Source: a virus (Duplodnaviria > Caudoviricetes). From it: a stretch of DNA of 64,000 nucleotides. The translations under genes and the position numbers were made by a program. Below the pieces are notes generated by a model. It was not told where the DNA came from and searched no databases. It saw nothing but the letters and a program-made list of their open reading frames with translations. The stretch is taken from the IMG/VR virus record IMGVR_UViG_3300011008_000999; one strand, written 5' to 3'. Below, piece after piece: positions 60,673-64,000 of the stretch. How positions within the stretch are numbered: position 1 is the first letter of the stretch; each line of letters begins with the position of its first letter.

Positions 60673-61719
60673 TTATTTCTTAGGCTTTACTAAAACCCTA
60701 AAATGATAACATTGTCCATGTCGTCCTGAATCAAGAATGACATGTTCGTTATAACCACCTGCTCCAATAGTTTCAACTTCAGCTTTACCATCTTTACCGA
60801 TAATATAGCCATTGAGATTACCATCATCTGCAATATAAAGATATGTTGCATCAAGAATTTCACCAGTAATCTTAGATACTCTAGTCATAAGATCGATAAG
60901 TTTATTGTTCTTTTCCTGTTCAATCTGTTTATCTAGCCAATCAGGATCAAACTTACGACTTAACCAAGCTTGGAAGAATCCATCTCCGAATTTAGCTTTC
61001 CATTGCTCTTCATTTCTAACATACTTAGGATGCTCATCTGGATCATTCTTATCTCTATAACCAAAATGGACTAAATTGATGTATTCATAATTATTGTTAG
61101 GTTTGAATCCTTCATTAAGAGTGTCCATAATTCTATTGAATCTATCTTCACTCTTCCAGCAGTATTTTTGAATGAATTCTTCTTTATTTTCTTCAACTAG
61201 TCTATTGACTACTTCTACAAGACATTCATAATATAACTTATCACGTGTCTCCTTGTATTCCTGTAAAGCTTCTGGGTATTCTTCTGCTTTTTTAGTATAA
61301 TAACCTATTACTCTAGATTTCCATTCATTCAGGAACTCCTTGATAACTCCAGGGACTGAATCTTGGATATATTGCAACTTAACTTCTTCAAGTCTGAGTT
61401 TTTCTTTCCAATTCTGTACTACCTGTTGTGCATCTTTAAGTTTTCTAAGGTTATCATTTATAGCAGATTCCTTATCTCTAATATCACAAACTGTCCAATA
61501 AATGTCATGATAAAAGTCTTTACCTTGATATTCACGATACCAATCAGGTTTATCACATACATCATCATAAGTTATTCCAAGGTTGTTTTGTTCCATGATC
61601 TTATTGAGAGCCACGACTTTCTTTTCACCTTGAGTCTTATGACGTTCAATAGTCTTTTCGATCTTTGCACATTTTTCTTCAGCAAGTCGAACTTTTTCTT
61701 TTAGCTCATCAATAGTCAT
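60673..61719 (-). CDS. Hypothetical coiled-coil protein
   Basis: Heptad-rich N-terminus; C-terminal LNGYIIG..GKAEVETIGAGGYN...QCYHFRVLV. Confidence 0.75.
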   Translation of the reverse strand: MTIDELKEKVRLAEEKCAKIEKTIERHKTQGEKKVVALNKIMEQNNLGITYDDVCDKPDWYREYQGKDFYHDIYWTVCDIRDKESAINDNLRKLKDAQQVVQNWKEKLRLEEVKLQYIQDSVPGVIKEFLNEWKSRVIGYYTKKAEEYPEALQEYKETRDKLYYECLVEVVNRLVEENKEEFIQKYCWKSEDRFNRIMDTLNEGFKPNNNYEYINLVHFGYRDKNDPDEHPKYVRNEEQWKAKFGDGFFQAWLSRKFDPDWLDKQIEQEKNNKLIDLMTRVSKITGEILDATYLYIADDGNLNGYIIGKDGKAEVETIGAGGYNEHVILDSGRHGQCYHFRVLVKPKK

Positions 61720-61730
61720 AAGAAAACCTC

Positions 61731-62441
61731 CTATTTATAATACTCAAAATTAGTTACTATAAAAGTATAATCTTTAGTCATTCCAAGTTTATTAGTGTGT
61801 GTGTATTGTGCTAACATAGGAAATTGTTCACTAGGTCTACTATATTCATTTACTTTAAATACTGACTTTTCATTATACACATTACTAACTGCTTGTTTAA
61901 TAGTATTCATGTCAGGATTATATGCGATATGCTCTTCATCAATTCTACCAATCTCTTGCATACTTCTTTGTATAGGTGCAAACATATCACGTACTTGTTC
62001 TTTTACCTTATTTATAGTAGCACTAGTAAGTTCAATTTCTCCACTTTTCTTATCTAAACAAATAAAGCTTGCATTAGACAATTTAATCTGAACAAATATT
62101 TCTACAGTTGCTGTATCAGGTTCAGCTATTACATCAATAATCTCAGGAACTAAACCTTTAGTATGTGACATAATAAAATCTTCTACTGCGTCTTGTCTCC
62201 ATTCTTGTCTTACATGACATGATCCAGTGTGTATTGAAATAGGTGTAGTAATAGAAAGATCTCCAGTATAGGTATGTTTTTCTTTCTTTTCTTGAAGAGC
62301 CTTTTCTTCAGCTTTTTTCTGCGCTTCTACATTCATTCTATATGCCGCATCTCTACCTGCTTCAGTTATTTCAGTACGTCCTCCACCACCAGGACTACCA
62401 CCCATTCGGCTCATAGACCATATAGTAAAATAAGCTCCCAT
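61731..62441 (-). CDS. Hypothetical protein
   Basis: ORF with GGAGG RBS. Confidence 0.65.
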   Translation of the reverse strand: MGAYFTIWSMSRMGGSPGGGGRTEITEAGRDAAYRMNVEAQKKAEEKALQEKKEKHTYTGDLSITTPISIHTGSCHVRQEWRQDAVEDFIMSHTKGLVPEIIDVIAEPDTATVEIFVQIKLSNASFICLDKKSGEIELTSATINKVKEQVRDMFAPIQRSMQEIGRIDEEHIAYNPDMNTIKQAVSNVYNEKSVFKVNEYSRPSEQFPMLAQYTHTNKLGMTKDYTFIVTNFEYYK

Positions 62442-62459
62442 AGTAACCTCCTTAAAAAG

Positions 62460-62526
62460 AAAATGACCTACCTCTTTCGAGATAAGTCATTTTTCGCCAT
62501 CCATTCTTTATTATAAATAAATAGCT
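62460..62526 (-). repeat. Repeated promoter-like + hairpin element, copy 3
   Basis: CTATTTATTTATAAT...GGATGGCGAAAAATGACTTATCTC-GAAA-GAGGTAGGTCATTTT. Confidence 0.7.
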
Positions 62527-62527
62527 C

Positions 62528-63064
62528 TTAATAACTAATATTATCATATAAGTCGTTGTCATCAAGTTCGTCACCATAGACATGTTCAATTCCAGTGATT
62601 TCTGTCCAACCTTGATTATGAAAAAGTTTTAACAACTCCTCTTTTGTTTTATTTCTAGCTGGACACTCTTCATTCTTAAATGGGAATCCATTATAGTCAA
62701 ATTCAAGTTCAGGACCTTCAGGTGGACAATATCTATCACCAGCATAACCAGGACTAATTACTCTAATATTAGCTCTAACATCTGCTGTAACTGTAATATC
62801 AGTATAATCTATACTTGAAATCTCAAAATCATCAGCATCTTCCATAAGAGAACTAAGAATATCAAATATATCCTCTTCAATGTGATCAATGGAATCGATA
62901 ATCTCATCTATACGCACATCTGGAACATTTTCGGCCCACTTAAGAATAATTCTAATAGTCTGACGACCATGTGAATGATCTGGACCTCTATCGTAATCAT
63001 CATATCTATCCATAGATGAACTATTTGTTTCAAAACAACTGTTTCTAATTTTAAACATGGTCAT
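62528..63064 (-). CDS. Hypothetical protein with an N-terminal IR..FETNSSS motif
   Basis: KIRNSCFETNSSS; acidic body. Confidence 0.7.
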   Translation of the reverse strand: MTMFKIRNSCFETNSSSMDRYDDYDRGPDHSHGRQTIRIILKWAENVPDVRIDEIIDSIDHIEEDIFDILSSLMEDADDFEISSIDYTDITVTADVRANIRVISPGYAGDRYCPPEGPELEFDYNGFPFKNEECPARNKTKEELLKLFHNQGWTEITGIEHVYGDELDDNDLYDNISY

Positions 63065-63448
63065 TCCTCCTTATTTATATTTTTATATCTCCAATATCTT
63101 ATTCATGTCAATATCTTTTTCATGTTCAATAAATTTTGGATTAATATCATTAAACTGTTTCATAAAGTCAGTTATGTCTTTAGCGTTAATATCTACTAAA
63201 TCCATATTAGTATGATATCCAGTCGTGTTTACTTTCCAAATAATATCTGACATATCTAACTTAAATCTCTCTAAAAAATCTTCTATAGCAAAATCAATAC
63301 CAGGACAAATCATAAATGGACAACGATTACTATGCATAATTAATGATTTTTGCTTCAAATATACAATCAAACACTGGAAATAAATATACAGTTTGCATAT
63401 AATACTACTCCTTATATATAGGTTTTCCTAAAAATCCTCCAAATTTAG

Positions 63449-63784
63449 TTAATACAGTAAATTCATCTGTAGTCCAAAATCTAAATTTTTTGTATTAACT
63501 GCTTTTCCTTCTGGTGATACAGATAAAGTAATATGCGGAATTGGAATAGCTTCATAAAGCTCTCTAAGTTCATCAGATTCACATGAGACTAATTTAACTT
63601 TATATCCTTCATTTACTTCGTCATTTCCGTATCCAGTAACTACAAAAGTAGCCTGCTGACCATATAAATGTTCATGACTTTTAGCAGGCTTAAATTCTGT
63701 TGTTATGTGTTTGAATTCTATATCTTTAGAAAGTTTGCTATCTAATGGACCTTGTACAAAGAATGCTTCATATACTACGCCCAT
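63449..63784 (-). CDS. 2H phosphoesterase (cyclic phosphodiesterase-like)
   Basis: Two HxT motifs: KHITTEF and PHITLS...GKAVNT. Confidence 0.75.
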   Translation of the reverse strand: MGVVYEAFFVQGPLDSKLSKDIEFKHITTEFKPAKSHEHLYGQQATFVVTGYGNDEVNEGYKVKLVSCESDELRELYEAIPIPHITLSVSPEGKAVNTKNLDFGLQMNLLY

Positions 63785-64000
63785 AATACCTCCACTCTAC
63801 TATCTTGAATATCTAAAATAATTTTATCCCAACCTTCATCAGGCATAGGTAAGTTGAATCTATTATTCATTATTTCAATACTTTCATCTGGAACTCTAGC
63901 ATATTCAGTACGTTGAGAATTGAATTCCATACAAGTATACATATCTACTAATTTTACATAACAGATTTTTTCGTAGTTAAATTTTTCAATTAAATTAAGA
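63775..64000 (-). CDS. Polynucleotide kinase-like P-loop protein, C-terminal part (cut by window edge)
   Basis: ...TCMEFNSQRTEYARVPDESIEIMNNRFNLPMPDEGWDKII matches the PNK/AAA_33 lid and C-terminal pattern. Confidence 0.65.
   Translation of the reverse strand, partial: LNLIEKFNYEKICYVKLVDMYTCMEFNSQRTEYARVPDESIEIMNNRFNLPMPDEGWDKIILDIQDSRVEVLWA

Noticed and set aside
1-64000. CRISPR array, rRNA, IS transposase, integrase, virion structural genes
   Set aside because: No regularly spaced repeat-spacer array or recognisable motifs; phage versus plasmid identity cannot be settled from this window

Overview
AT-rich (~30% GC), gene-dense segment with essentially all real genes on the minus strand, Firmicutes-type GGAGG RBSs and a strongly conserved promoter motif. 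It reads as part of a very large extrachromosomal element (conjugative megaplasmid, phage-plasmid or jumbo phage) of a low-GC Firmicute; a Lachnospiraceae-like host is only an impression from gene style. No virion genes are recognisable here. Content: an autonomous replisome (split family-A DNA polymerase, beta-clamp-like protein, gamma/delta/delta'-like clamp loader, dUTPase, dCMP deaminase, RuvC-like resolvase); a GGDEF + EAL c-di-GMP pair; ADP-ribose/NAD enzymes (two NADARs, macrodomain, ARH, KptA/Tpt1, CinA); RNA end-healing enzymes (PNK-like kinase, 2H phosphoesterase, Tpt1, Thg1-like); MoxR/VWA; a PurA-like + VWA cluster; PhoH, ClpP; and many small unknown ORFs. The ORF track misses several structures: (1) an FtsK/coupling-protein ATPase fractured into pieces 12 kb apart in permuted order, with complementary intein-end remnants (N|PLSIDT... 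and ...THN|C) and an Ile-stop-Ile (ATT TAG ATC) site inside a long hairpin; (2) an ORF-less group II intron in a VirB4-like ATPase gene, preceded by a free-standing endonuclease and a duplicated gene start; (3) four paralogous Vsr-like homing endonucleases, all next to these transfer-ATPase genes; (4) a promoter-to-terminator ncRNA holding a tRNA-like fold with no anticodon loop, upstream of the c-di-GMP genes; (5) a polymerase split at a degenerate Hint-like insert. All protein calls come from motif recognition by eye, not database searches.
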